From an uncultured Alphaproteobacteria bacterium (GTDB lineage: Bacteria > Pseudomonadota > Alphaproteobacteria > RF32 > CAG-239), in NCBI GenBank assembly GCA_944391445.1, contig CALXTL010000005.1:16768-80767 (forward strand): 64,000 nucleotides of DNA, given 5' to 3'. The notes beneath the pieces were generated by a model that was not told the DNA's origin, ran no database searches, and saw only the letters and a program-made list of their open reading frames with translations. Positions 52,081 to 60,872 of the stretch are shown here, piece by piece. Both the position numbers and the translations under genes were made by a program. Positions within the stretch are counted from its first letter, which is position 1, and every line of letters starts with the position of its first letter.

Positions 52081-52932
52081 ATGAACTACAATTATTTCTT
52101 ACCCTGTTTCGTCTCCGCCGCGGCTATTCTGGCCGCCGGCGGGGCACTCGCCCAGCAATGTGTTCAGGCGCCGTCCTGCGCCGAGCTCGGTTATACTGAC
52201 TCTGTTGCCGACTGCACCGATAACGGCGTGCTTTATTGCCCGTTTGACAAGTCAAAAGTCTTTTGCCGACAAGAAGATGGCTCCTGTGAAAGAACTTGCG
52301 ACGAATTACTGGCGGAAAATAATTGTCTCCGCTATAATGACGGAGACACCATCCGAGGAACTTTTCATCAGGATATTTGCTTATTCGGAACGGTCACAGG
52401 ATCCTCGGTAACTCTCAATCGGGCAACGGTTTGGGATGCCGGTAAGCGCTGGCCTGTTTGTGAGAGTGAAATGAACGGTCGGGCAAGGCTTGATTTAACC
52501 ACTTTGTCTATCAGAGGAACAGCAATTTTTCATACGGATGTGGATATCGATCGTATTTCCTACACTCGATCGCAACACTGGTCTGCCGAATTTCACGGCA
52601 ACACCAGAATGCAGGTGCTTATTGAATCTGATTTTTCATATACGCCTGCATTAGAGCTGGATTTTTATGGAGAACTTGACGAGACAGGCACATCGTATAA
52701 AAAAACAACCAATGAAATTTCCCTTATATGCTCTCCAGAGTGCAACGCCAATTTATCTGGACGATGCGAGGTAGACATTTACCAGCAAGGCGCCGATGTC
52801 ACTTACTGCAGTAAATATGCCGGCGGTGGCAGTTGCGACAAAGAAGTCATCTTCAACTGCGACAATGACGGCGGTGGAAATAACGCCGGCGTTTGCACGG
52901 AGAAAACCGGCACTTGCCCAACCAGTTGGTAA
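52081..52932 (+). CDS. Cysteine-rich secreted protein (about 19 Cys in 283 aa), no recognisable family
   Basis: Signal peptide (MNYNYFLPCFVSAAAILAAGGALA); Cys-rich N-terminal module (QQCVQAPSCAELGYTDSVADCTDNGVLYCPFDKSKVFCRQEDGSCERTCDELLAENNC) and a Cys/Gly-rich C-terminus. Confidence 0.75.
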   Translation: MNYNYFLPCFVSAAAILAAGGALAQQCVQAPSCAELGYTDSVADCTDNGVLYCPFDKSKVFCRQEDGSCERTCDELLAENNCLRYNDGDTIRGTFHQDICLFGTVTGSSVTLNRATVWDAGKRWPVCESEMNGRARLDLTTLSIRGTAIFHTDVDIDRISYTRSQHWSAEFHGNTRMQVLIESDFSYTPALELDFYGELDETGTSYKKTTNEISLICSPECNANLSGRCEVDIYQQGADVTYCSKYAGGGSCDKEVIFNCDNDGGGNNAGVCTEKTGTCPTSW

Positions 52933-53075
52933 ATATTTTACACCATTCAGAGAAACACACCCGGCCGGAAAACCGGTCGGGTGTGTTTTTTGCCCTCATC
53001 AAATTTTAAGCGTCAGCGGGAAACATCCCCGAAAACCAAGGCATGAGTACAACCGTCAAAAACTGTCGCGCATTT

Positions 53076-54263
53076 TCAACTCAAATGAGCTTTAGCCACA
53101 GTATCCCGGGCAATAACCAATTCCTCGTTGGTTGGGATCACAAACGCACGAACTTTTGACCCCGGTTTGGTAATTTCCAATGTCTCGCCTCGTTTGTTAT
53201 TATTTTCCTCATCCAATTCAATACCAAGATAACTCAGGCGTTCCAGCAGCATTTTACGCAAAATCGGCGAATTTTCACCAACCCCGGCGGTAAAAACAAT
53301 AGCGTCGACACCGCCGAGCGCAGCAATATAACTACCAATAAAGCGCAAAATGGCATAAGCATAAACATGCAAGGCATCCACCGCTTTGGCCTCGCCTTTC
53401 AGATAAGCCGCTTCCACATCACGCATATCCGAAAAACCGCACAATCCCTGCATACCGCTTTGTTTATTCAGCAAGACATTGACTTCATCAACCGATTTAT
53501 TCTGATATTTCATGATATGCAGCGGGATATAAGGATCAACATCACCCGAACGCGTCCCCATCACCACACCGGCCAGCGGCGTAAAGCCCATGGACGTATC
53601 AATGCATTTGCCGTCTTTGACCGCAGAAATGGATGCGCCGTTGCCGATATGGCAGGTAATGATTTTTTTATTGGCACCGATAATCTTAGCGGCTTCTTGA
53701 GCCACATATTGGTGCGAAGTGCCATGCGCGCCATAGCGGCGGATTCTGTGCTTGGTATATTGCTCCAACGGCAAACCGTACAAAAAAGCCTCTTTCGGCA
53801 TAGTCTGGTGAAACGCGGTATCAAACACCGTCACTTGCGGCACATTCGGCAATGCGTTTTTCACCGCTTCCAAACCGAGAACCGCCGCCGGATTATGCAG
53901 CGGCGCCAGTGTTGAAAGCTCGCTTATTTGCGCAATTACTTTATCATCCACCAAAGCGGATTCCTTAAAAATCTCTCCGCCGTGCACCACCCGGTGACCA
54001 ACCGCGGCAATTTCATCCAGACTTTTAATGGCACCGTCAAGCAACAAAGCAAAAACCTCACGCAAAGCTTCATTATGCGTCGGCAGATCGACTTCAACCG
54101 TTTTCTTGGCACCGCTGGTCAGATATTTGATACTGACCATTGATCCGTGAATTCCAATGCGCTCGGCCAGCCCTTTGGCAATAACTTCATATTCCTCGCC
54201 GTTAACATCAAACAACTGATATTTCAGGGAGGAGGACCCCGAATTAAGCACCAAAATCTTCAT
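53076..54263 (-). CDS. ackA: Acetate kinase
   Basis: MKILVLNSGSSSLKYQLF N-terminus and ASKHT-fold motifs; 395 aa; adjacent to pta. Confidence 0.93.
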   Translation of the reverse strand: MKILVLNSGSSSLKYQLFDVNGEEYEVIAKGLAERIGIHGSMVSIKYLTSGAKKTVEVDLPTHNEALREVFALLLDGAIKSLDEIAAVGHRVVHGGEIFKESALVDDKVIAQISELSTLAPLHNPAAVLGLEAVKNALPNVPQVTVFDTAFHQTMPKEAFLYGLPLEQYTKHRIRRYGAHGTSHQYVAQEAAKIIGANKKIITCHIGNGASISAVKDGKCIDTSMGFTPLAGVVMGTRSGDVDPYIPLHIMKYQNKSVDEVNVLLNKQSGMQGLCGFSDMRDVEAAYLKGEAKAVDALHVYAYAILRFIGSYIAALGGVDAIVFTAGVGENSPILRKMLLERLSYLGIELDEENNNKRGETLEITKPGSKVRAFVIPTNEELVIARDTVAKAHLS

Positions 54264-54266
54264 GGC

Positions 54267-55283
54267 TTAGCATCCTTTCTTTTGAGTTTGCAAAACGGTA
54301 ATGGCAATAACGCCGACAATATCTTCGGCAAAACAACCGCGAGACAAGTCATTAATCGGTGCGTTCAGCCCCTGCAACAACGGTCCGTACATTTCGGCGC
54401 CGCCCAAACGCTGCAACAGCTTATAACCGATATTGCCGGCTTCAATATTCGGAAAGATCAACACATTGGCATTTCCGGCGACTTCGGAACTGGGTGCTTT
54501 TTTCTGACCGACCGCCACATCCAAAGCCGCATCAGCCTGCAGCTCGCCGTCGAGTTTGATATCCATGGCCGCATATTCCGGCGCTTTTAATGCCTCTTTA
54601 GCCAGCGCCGTTGCCTCGCGAACCTTATCTGCTCCCTCGCCTTTGCCGGATCCATAGGTTGAATAAGACAACATGGCAATCTGAGGTTTATCGCCGAATT
54701 GCATGGCGCTTTCGGCTGTGCTCAGCGCAATATCAACCAGCTCTTTAGCCGTTGGATTAATATTAATGGCGCAATCCGACAGATAATAAATCCGGCCGTT
54801 TTGTGCCGCCATAATAAACAAAGCGGAAACAATCCGGTCCTTGCGTGAGGATTTAATAATCTGCAATGCCGGACGAACCGTATCCGCCGTGGAATGATTA
54901 GCGCCGGAAACCATGCCGTCGGCATCGCCGGCCTTGATCATCAGCGTGCCGAAATAATTCGGAATTAAAACCGTTTTGGCCGCTTCTTCTTCGGTCATGC
55001 CTTTTTCTTTGCGCAATTCATACAAAAGTTTGGCATAGTCTTGCAGCTTTGGAGACCGGGCGGGATCCAGTGTTTCAATACCGTCCATCGCCCATCCCTG
55101 TTTGTCAAAATAAGCGTTAATCTCTTCGGGACACCCGAGAATAATCAATTTAGCCAGATGCCGCTCGGCTGCTTCGTGCGCTGCCTGCAGCACGCGCACA
55201 TCTTCACCTTCGGGAAGCACGATGGTCTTGTTGAGTTTGCATGCCTTTTCAATCAGGCTTTCAATATAAGGGCTGATTTTCAT
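54267..55283 (-). CDS. pta: Phosphate acetyltransferase (short form, PTA_PTB domain only)
   Basis: PTA_PTB-family motifs throughout. Start set at the ATG at 55283 (MKISPYIESL...), which has an AGGAAA ribosome-binding site; 338 aa. Confidence 0.88.
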   Translation of the reverse strand: MKISPYIESLIEKACKLNKTIVLPEGEDVRVLQAAHEAAERHLAKLIILGCPEEINAYFDKQGWAMDGIETLDPARSPKLQDYAKLLYELRKEKGMTEEEAAKTVLIPNYFGTLMIKAGDADGMVSGANHSTADTVRPALQIIKSSRKDRIVSALFIMAAQNGRIYYLSDCAININPTAKELVDIALSTAESAMQFGDKPQIAMLSYSTYGSGKGEGADKVREATALAKEALKAPEYAAMDIKLDGELQADAALDVAVGQKKAPSSEVAGNANVLIFPNIEAGNIGYKLLQRLGGAEMYGPLLQGLNAPINDLSRGCFAEDIVGVIAITVLQTQKKGC

Positions 55284-55416
55284 GATGATTTCCTTTACCT
55301 TTATTAATTTTTTATAAAGGTTTACACTCTTCGCTGTCAAAAGTCAAAATATCTTTTGATTCTTTGTACAAAGTATTATATCTTAAAAAAAATTATCAAA
55401 ATAAGGAGATTTTAAA

Positions 55417-55833
55417 ATGGAAAGAACGCTGTCAATCATCAAACCGGACGCCACTTCCCGCAACATCACCGGCAAGATCAATACCATGATTGAAGATGCC
55501 GGCCTGAAAATCGTTGCCCAGAAGCGGATCCTCCTGACGGCTTCTCAGGCGGAAGAATTCTACCGCGAACATAAAGATAAAGCTTTTTTCACCAGCCTGG
55601 TTGATTTTATGACTTCAGCGCCGGTTGTTGTGCAGGTTCTTGAAGGAGAAGATGCTGTTGCCCGTTACCGCAAAATTATGGGTGCCACCAACCCCGCCGT
55701 TGCTGAAGAAGGCACCATCCGTAAAACTTTTGCGCTCTCCATTGACAAAAACTCCGTCCACGGCTCCGATTCGCCGGCAAGCGCGGCGCGTGAAGTCGGC
55801 TTTTTCTTCAGTCAGACAGAAATTTACGAATAA
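55417..55833 (+). CDS. ndk: Nucleoside-diphosphate kinase
   Basis: [12 protein letters not shown]...NSVHGSDS with the catalytic His; AAGGAG ribosome-binding site; 138 aa. Confidence 0.95.
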   Translation: MERTLSIIKPDATSRNITGKINTMIEDAGLKIVAQKRILLTASQAEEFYREHKDKAFFTSLVDFMTSAPVVVQVLEGEDAVARYRKIMGATNPAVAEEGTIRKTFALSIDKNSVHGSDSPASAAREVGFFFSQTEIYE

Positions 55834-55842
55834 TAATAAACG

Positions 55843-56910
55843 ATGAGGTATCCTTTGTTCAAAAAACTTTGTTTGATGGCTGCATTGCTGATTGCCTTAT
55901 CCGGCAGCCAAACGGCCGCAGCGGCAGATGAGCGTTTCAGCGTTGACATTAACGTCGACGTTACCGATATCAACGCTTCCGCCGCGCGTGAAAAAGCGAT
56001 GAATGAAGCAAATAAAGCAGCTGTCCTGGCTGTTGTCAGACGCATTTCAACCGCCGAGGGTGTCACCCGCATGAGTGCGCTCAATGCCAATCAACTGATC
56101 AATTTTATCAAAGAAGTTTCCGTCATTGAGGAAAAAAGCTCCCCGGTGCGCTATATAGCCCAACTGCGCATTGTCCTGAATGAAGACATTCTCAAACAAT
56201 ACATGAAAGAGCGTGACATTCCTCTGCTGTTGGCCGGCGGCAGCAAAATCCTTGTCGTTCCTGTGTTTCGCGAATTCAGCAGCGACCCGCCGCTGCTGTG
56301 GGAAAATGCCAATCTTTGGAAACAGGCTTGGGATGCGGCAACAAACACCTCTGCGGTCAGTTTTGTTTCCCTGCCCGCCAATGCATTCAACTATGCGGCG
56401 ATTGATGCGCAAAAAGCTCTTGCGCTCGACGGCGAAGCCCTCTCCAAAATCATCAATGCCAATAATGCATCAGACGCCTATGTACTGGATGCATCCTACG
56501 ATGGTATTGAAGGGCTGATTATCCATGCAGCTTCTTATAATGGAGATAATCAGACCATTCGCGTACCCGGAGCCCGCAGCTCTGGCGCGGAGCTGTTTAA
56601 TAAAGCCGTGGCCGCGGTCAAACAACAGCTTGAAAGCAAAATCTCCGCGCAAAACATTAGTGAAAATGCGCTGGAAAATACCATGACGGTTTTATTTACT
56701 TTTGCCAATCTCGCCGAATGGTCTTTGGCCGAAAAGGCCTTGGCCGACACGCCGGTGGTTAACAAAGTTGACATCCAGGCTTTTGCCAGCAACCGCGCAC
56801 AGCTGAAATTGACCTATACCGGCTCCGAAACAAAATTAAACCGCCTGCTCAACACGCAAGGATACACTCTGCGTAATCAGGGCAGCTACCACACCTTGGA
56901 AAAATTATAA
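55843..56910 (+). CDS. Hypothetical secreted/periplasmic protein
   Basis: Signal peptide MRYPLFKKLCLMAALLIALSGSQTAAAA; 355 aa; no domain I can assign with confidence. Confidence 0.55.
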   Translation: MRYPLFKKLCLMAALLIALSGSQTAAAADERFSVDINVDVTDINASAAREKAMNEANKAAVLAVVRRISTAEGVTRMSALNANQLINFIKEVSVIEEKSSPVRYIAQLRIVLNEDILKQYMKERDIPLLLAGGSKILVVPVFREFSSDPPLLWENANLWKQAWDAATNTSAVSFVSLPANAFNYAAIDAQKALALDGEALSKIINANNASDAYVLDASYDGIEGLIIHAASYNGDNQTIRVPGARSSGAELFNKAVAAVKQQLESKISAQNISENALENTMTVLFTFANLAEWSLAEKALADTPVVNKVDIQAFASNRAQLKLTYTGSETKLNRLLNTQGYTLRNQGSYHTLEKL

Positions 56911-56923
56911 AAAAGGAAAAACG

Positions 56924-57988
56924 ATGCTTTCACACCGTTTAAATAACCGCAATATGATCATTTGGCTGATTCTGTTCGGCATTTTCGGAGCAGCCGTTTA
57001 TGTTTTGAGATCCGTACTGCTGCCGTTTGTTGCCGGCATCATCATTGGCTACCTGCTGGACCCCTGGACCAGCAAGATTGAAAAACTTGGCATAAGCCGG
57101 ACATTTGCCTCATTACTGGTTATGTTTTTAATGATTCTGCTGCTGATCCCGGCCCTGATTGCACTGTTCAGCGTCATAGACACGCAGGTAGGGCATTTTG
57201 TCAGTGTTATTCCGCAATATTTGGCATCCTTTGCTAAAAAAATCGAACCGGTTATTGCCAATCTGCAAACACATTTTCCGGCGCTTGAACCCGAAAAAAT
57301 CCGCGAGTATCTGAACAACAACATGGCTAATGCGCTCAAACTGACCGGCAACCTCATCCGCCGGCTCATCACCGGTGGTTTTGCGCTGGTCAACATCATT
57401 TCTCTTTTGTTGGTAACGCCGGTGGTTGCTTTCTATATGCTTCGTGACTGGGATAAATTCATCGCTCAGGTAGACAGTCTGCTGCCTAAAAAATCCAAAA
57501 AAAATATTGAAAAACAAGCCCGCGAGATTGACAACATTCTTTCCTCCTTCATCCGCGGACAGCTTTCCGTCTGCGTCTTGCTGGGCACTTTTTACGCCGT
57601 CGGCTTATACATTGTCGGCTTGGATTTGGGCGTCCTGGTCGGCTTTTTGGCCGGAATCATTTCATTTATTCCGTACGTCGGCAGCATCACCGGTTTTCTT
57701 GTTAGCATCCTGATTGCCTTTGCCCAGTTTGATTCGGTTATTCCGATTCTCCAGGTGGTCGGCGTTTTTGTGGTTGGCCAATTTATTGAAGGAAATTTTC
57801 TGACGCCGAATTTGGTTGGAGATTCCGTCGGGCTGCATCCGGTCTGGATCATGTTCGCCTTGCTGACGGGAGGTGTCTTACTAGGCTTTTTGGGATTGAT
57901 GATTGCGGTGCCGGTTGCCGCCATTATCGGTGTGCTCATCCGCCATGCCATCATCAATTACAAAGAAAGCTCATTATACAAAGATTAA
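56924..57988 (+). CDS. AI-2E family transporter (PerM/YhhT-like, UPF0118)
   Basis: About eight transmembrane helices with the AI-2E core (GQLSVCVLLGTFYAVGLYIVGLDLGVLVGFLAGIISFIPYVGSITG); AAGGAAAA ribosome-binding site. Confidence 0.8.
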   Translation: MLSHRLNNRNMIIWLILFGIFGAAVYVLRSVLLPFVAGIIIGYLLDPWTSKIEKLGISRTFASLLVMFLMILLLIPALIALFSVIDTQVGHFVSVIPQYLASFAKKIEPVIANLQTHFPALEPEKIREYLNNNMANALKLTGNLIRRLITGGFALVNIISLLLVTPVVAFYMLRDWDKFIAQVDSLLPKKSKKNIEKQAREIDNILSSFIRGQLSVCVLLGTFYAVGLYIVGLDLGVLVGFLAGIISFIPYVGSITGFLVSILIAFAQFDSVIPILQVVGVFVVGQFIEGNFLTPNLVGDSVGLHPVWIMFALLTGGVLLGFLGLMIAVPVAAIIGVLIRHAIINYKESSLYKD

Positions 57989-58042
57989 CATCTCATTGCT
58001 TCGAGAAAGAAACAAAACGCTGCCAGCAGACAGCGTTTTGTT

Positions 58043-58954
58043 TTAAGCATTAAAATCCAAATTCCAGGTATGATAACGGGCGGCATCTTCTTGCCAGTTT
58101 TCGCGCACTTTGACAAACAAAAACAAATGAACCCGCGTTTCCAACAACGCCTCCAGCTCTTTACGCGCAGCCTGCCCGATACGCTTGATCATCATCCCGT
58201 TTTTGCCAAGCACAATCACTTTTTGATTGTCGCGTTCCACGTAGATGGTTATCTCAGCCCGGATCGTGCCGTCTTCGCGGCGCTCCCATAATTCCGGTTC
58301 AACGGTTAAAACATATGGAAGCTCCTGCCGCAAAAACAAAAAAAGTTTTTCACGGACAATTTCAGCGGCCAACAGTTTCAGCGGCATATCCGACATCTGC
58401 TCTTCGGGATAATACCACGGGCTTTCTGGCAAAGTTTCTGCTAAATACCGATAAAAATCCTCGGTATTTTGTCCGGTTTGCGCCGAAATAAAAAACGTCT
58501 CCTGAAAAGGAAATTCAGCATTCAGTGCGGCGCTCAACCCGAGCAGCTTCTCTTTTGGCACCAGATCAACCTTGTTCAAAACCAAAACAGCATCACGTTT
58601 GCGTTTGCGCAATCTGGCAATAATACTGCGCGTTTCGTCGTCAAATCCGCGTTTGGCATCCACCACCAAAACAATGATATCTGCATCATCAACGCCGCTC
58701 CATGCAGACCCGACCATTGCCCTGTCTAAACGGCGTTTTGGCTTAAAAATACCGGGGGTATCAATAAAAATAACCTGCGTTTGTTCAAAAATACCAATAC
58801 CCCGGACCAAAGTTCTTGTTGTCTGCACTTTAGGCGAAACAATCGAAACTTTTGACCCGACAAAATTATTGGTAATGGTTGACTTACCGGCATTCGGCGC
58901 GCCGATCAGCGCCACAAAACCGCAGCGGGTTGTTTTTCCTTCCGTCGTGTTCAC
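58043..58954 (-). CDS. era: GTPase Era
   Basis: G1 motif GAPNAGKST, G4 motif NKVD and a C-terminal KH domain; GTG start overlapping the rnc stop as GTGA. Confidence 0.92.
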   Translation of the reverse strand: MNTTEGKTTRCGFVALIGAPNAGKSTITNNFVGSKVSIVSPKVQTTRTLVRGIGIFEQTQVIFIDTPGIFKPKRRLDRAMVGSAWSGVDDADIIVLVVDAKRGFDDETRSIIARLRKRKRDAVLVLNKVDLVPKEKLLGLSAALNAEFPFQETFFISAQTGQNTEDFYRYLAETLPESPWYYPEEQMSDMPLKLLAAEIVREKLFLFLRQELPYVLTVEPELWERREDGTIRAEITIYVERDNQKVIVLGKNGMMIKRIGQAARKELEALLETRVHLFLFVKVRENWQEDAARYHTWNLDFNA

Positions 58955-59607
58955 GAAATCTGCTCCAGCATTTTGGCGGCGGCGGCAAATTCTGCCATTT
59001 TCTTGCTGTGGCCAAAACCTACGGCCTCCGGCATACCTTCAAGCCGAACCGCTATTTCAAACACGGGCTCATGTTCTGAGCCGGAGCGCCCGATCAGCTC
59101 ATAAATCGGCTGCCCCAAATTTTTGGCATGCGCCGTTTCCTGAAGCAGCGTTTTTGAATCTTTCCGCGGCGCAACACGGCGATCAATCAAATCGCGCCAA
59201 TGTACATTGACAAAATTAATGGCTCCTTCAACCCCCGCGTCAATATAAATAGCACCAATAACCGCTTCGCAAACATCACACAACACATTTTCATTTTCAC
59301 GAATATCGTCATCGGCAACAAACATAAACTTACCCAGCTGCAAAGTACGACCGACCTGCGCCACGGTTTCTTTGCAAACCAACCCGGTAAAACGTTGCGA
59401 CAAACTCCCTTCCGGCTCTTGCGGAAAAAGGCGATACAACAATGACGCGACTGATACACCGAGCACCCGGTCGCCTAAAAACTCAAGTCTTTCATAATTA
59501 TGATCAGCATGCGAATTCACCGAACTGTGCACCAGTGCTTTATGCAGCAATTCTTTATTCTTAAAATTGTGTTGTAAAATTTTTTCAAGTTTTTCCAATT
59601 GCACCAT
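58951..59607 (-). CDS. rnc: Ribonuclease III
   Basis: RNase III signature ERLEFLGDRVLG and a C-terminal dsRBD. Start set at the ATG at 59607 (MVQLEKLEKIL...); the ORF-track extension would overlap lepB. Confidence 0.9.
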   Translation of the reverse strand: MVQLEKLEKILQHNFKNKELLHKALVHSSVNSHADHNYERLEFLGDRVLGVSVASLLYRLFPQEPEGSLSQRFTGLVCKETVAQVGRTLQLGKFMFVADDDIRENENVLCDVCEAVIGAIYIDAGVEGAINFVNVHWRDLIDRRVAPRKDSKTLLQETAHAKNLGQPIYELIGRSGSEHEPVFEIAVRLEGMPEAVGFGHSKKMAEFAAAAKMLEQIS

Positions 59608-59624
59608 CCGGCACCACCCGTTTT

Positions 59625-60353
59625 CTATTCTATCCCGGAAAACAAACGTGACCAGCGAATTTTCTTTGGCCATGTCCAAGGCAAATACCAAGCTTCTTCA
59701 TCATTATGCGAAAAGAACAGAAAACGTGCTTTTCCTTCCAGATTTTCGGCCGGCACAAAACCGACGTTAACACGACTGTCATCCGACCGGTCTCGATTAT
59801 CGCCCATCATAAAATAACTGCCCTGAGGCACTTCCAACTCGGCAAAATCATCATTCGGCTCACTGTCGGAAACTTCCAAAATACGATGCTTGACACCATT
59901 GGGCAAAGTCTCTTCATACTGACGATACCTCTCGGCGCTGCCGTCAGCTGTCCGGATCACAAAATCTTCCAAACGCTCCCGCGGAACAACCCGGCCGTTA
60001 ATATACAGCCGTCCCTCGACCAGTTTAATTTTATCCCCGGGCAAGCCGATAACTCTTTTAATAAAATCCGTCCTGTTGTCTTTGGGATATTTGAAAACAA
60101 CAACATCGCCACGTTCCGGCGCCGCATCAAAAATACGTCCCTCAAACAAAGGCAAACTCCACGGCAGTGAATGTTTGGAATAACCATAAGTATATTTTGA
60201 TACAAACAAATAATCGCCGATATACAGAGTCGGATACATCGAGCCGGACGGAATCTTAAAAGGTTCAAACCAAAGCGTCCGAATAACAATGGCAATCAAA
60301 ATTGCATAAAAAATCGTTTTAAGGGTATCGCCCAGACTTTCTTCTTTATCCAT
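59625..60353 (-). CDS. lepB: Signal peptidase I
   Basis: Catalytic Ser box IPSGSMYPTL, Lys box VVFKYP...FIKRVIGLPGD and GDNRDRSDDSR; 242 aa. Confidence 0.93.
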   Translation of the reverse strand: MDKEESLGDTLKTIFYAILIAIVIRTLWFEPFKIPSGSMYPTLYIGDYLFVSKYTYGYSKHSLPWSLPLFEGRIFDAAPERGDVVVFKYPKDNRTDFIKRVIGLPGDKIKLVEGRLYINGRVVPRERLEDFVIRTADGSAERYRQYEETLPNGVKHRILEVSDSEPNDDFAELEVPQGSYFMMGDNRDRSDDSRVNVGFVPAENLEGKARFLFFSHNDEEAWYLPWTWPKKIRWSRLFSGIE

Positions 60354-60422
60354 CAGATTTCTCTTTTCTTTTCCCTTCTGAATCTTTGGCTGTCATAATA
60401 ATCGTTTTTTCAGAGTTGACAA

Positions 60423-60824
60423 CTATATTTTTTCAATAATAACAACTGCTTGCGCAAAAGGATAATCATCACTGAGACTAAGCAGGGTCTGAAAGCTTTC
60501 GCCATTGCTCAGTTTGAGAGCGCGGGTCATAGCCGCTCCGCCTAACGTAAGCAGCGGCGCTCCTAACGCATCATGAGAAATGATTATATCATGCCACCCT
60601 GTTCCGCAGCTGAATCCCGTACCCAAAGCTTTGGCAGCAGCCTCTTTGGCGGCAAAATACTTTGCTGTTTTGCAGGCACGCAAACGTTTATTATCGTCAA
60701 TCGCCGCAATGTCAGCCTGTTCGCTTTCGGTAAAGCAACGCCGGACAAAATGCATGCCGAAACGTTCCTGTATCTTTTCAATTCGGGCAATATTGACAAT
60801 ATCTGCCCCCATTCCGATGATCAT
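60423..60824 (-). CDS. acpS: Holo-[acyl-carrier-protein] synthase (4'-phosphopantetheinyl transferase)
   Basis: MIIGMGADIVNIARIE...FAAKEAAAKALGTG; 133 aa. Confidence 0.9.
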   Translation of the reverse strand: MIIGMGADIVNIARIEKIQERFGMHFVRRCFTESEQADIAAIDDNKRLRACKTAKYFAAKEAAAKALGTGFSCGTGWHDIIISHDALGAPLLTLGGAAMTRALKLSNGESFQTLLSLSDDYPFAQAVVIIEKI

Positions 60825-60872
60825 ACGGCTCCCCTCTTCTTTCCTTGGCCGGTTTCGCCCCCAAACCGATAC

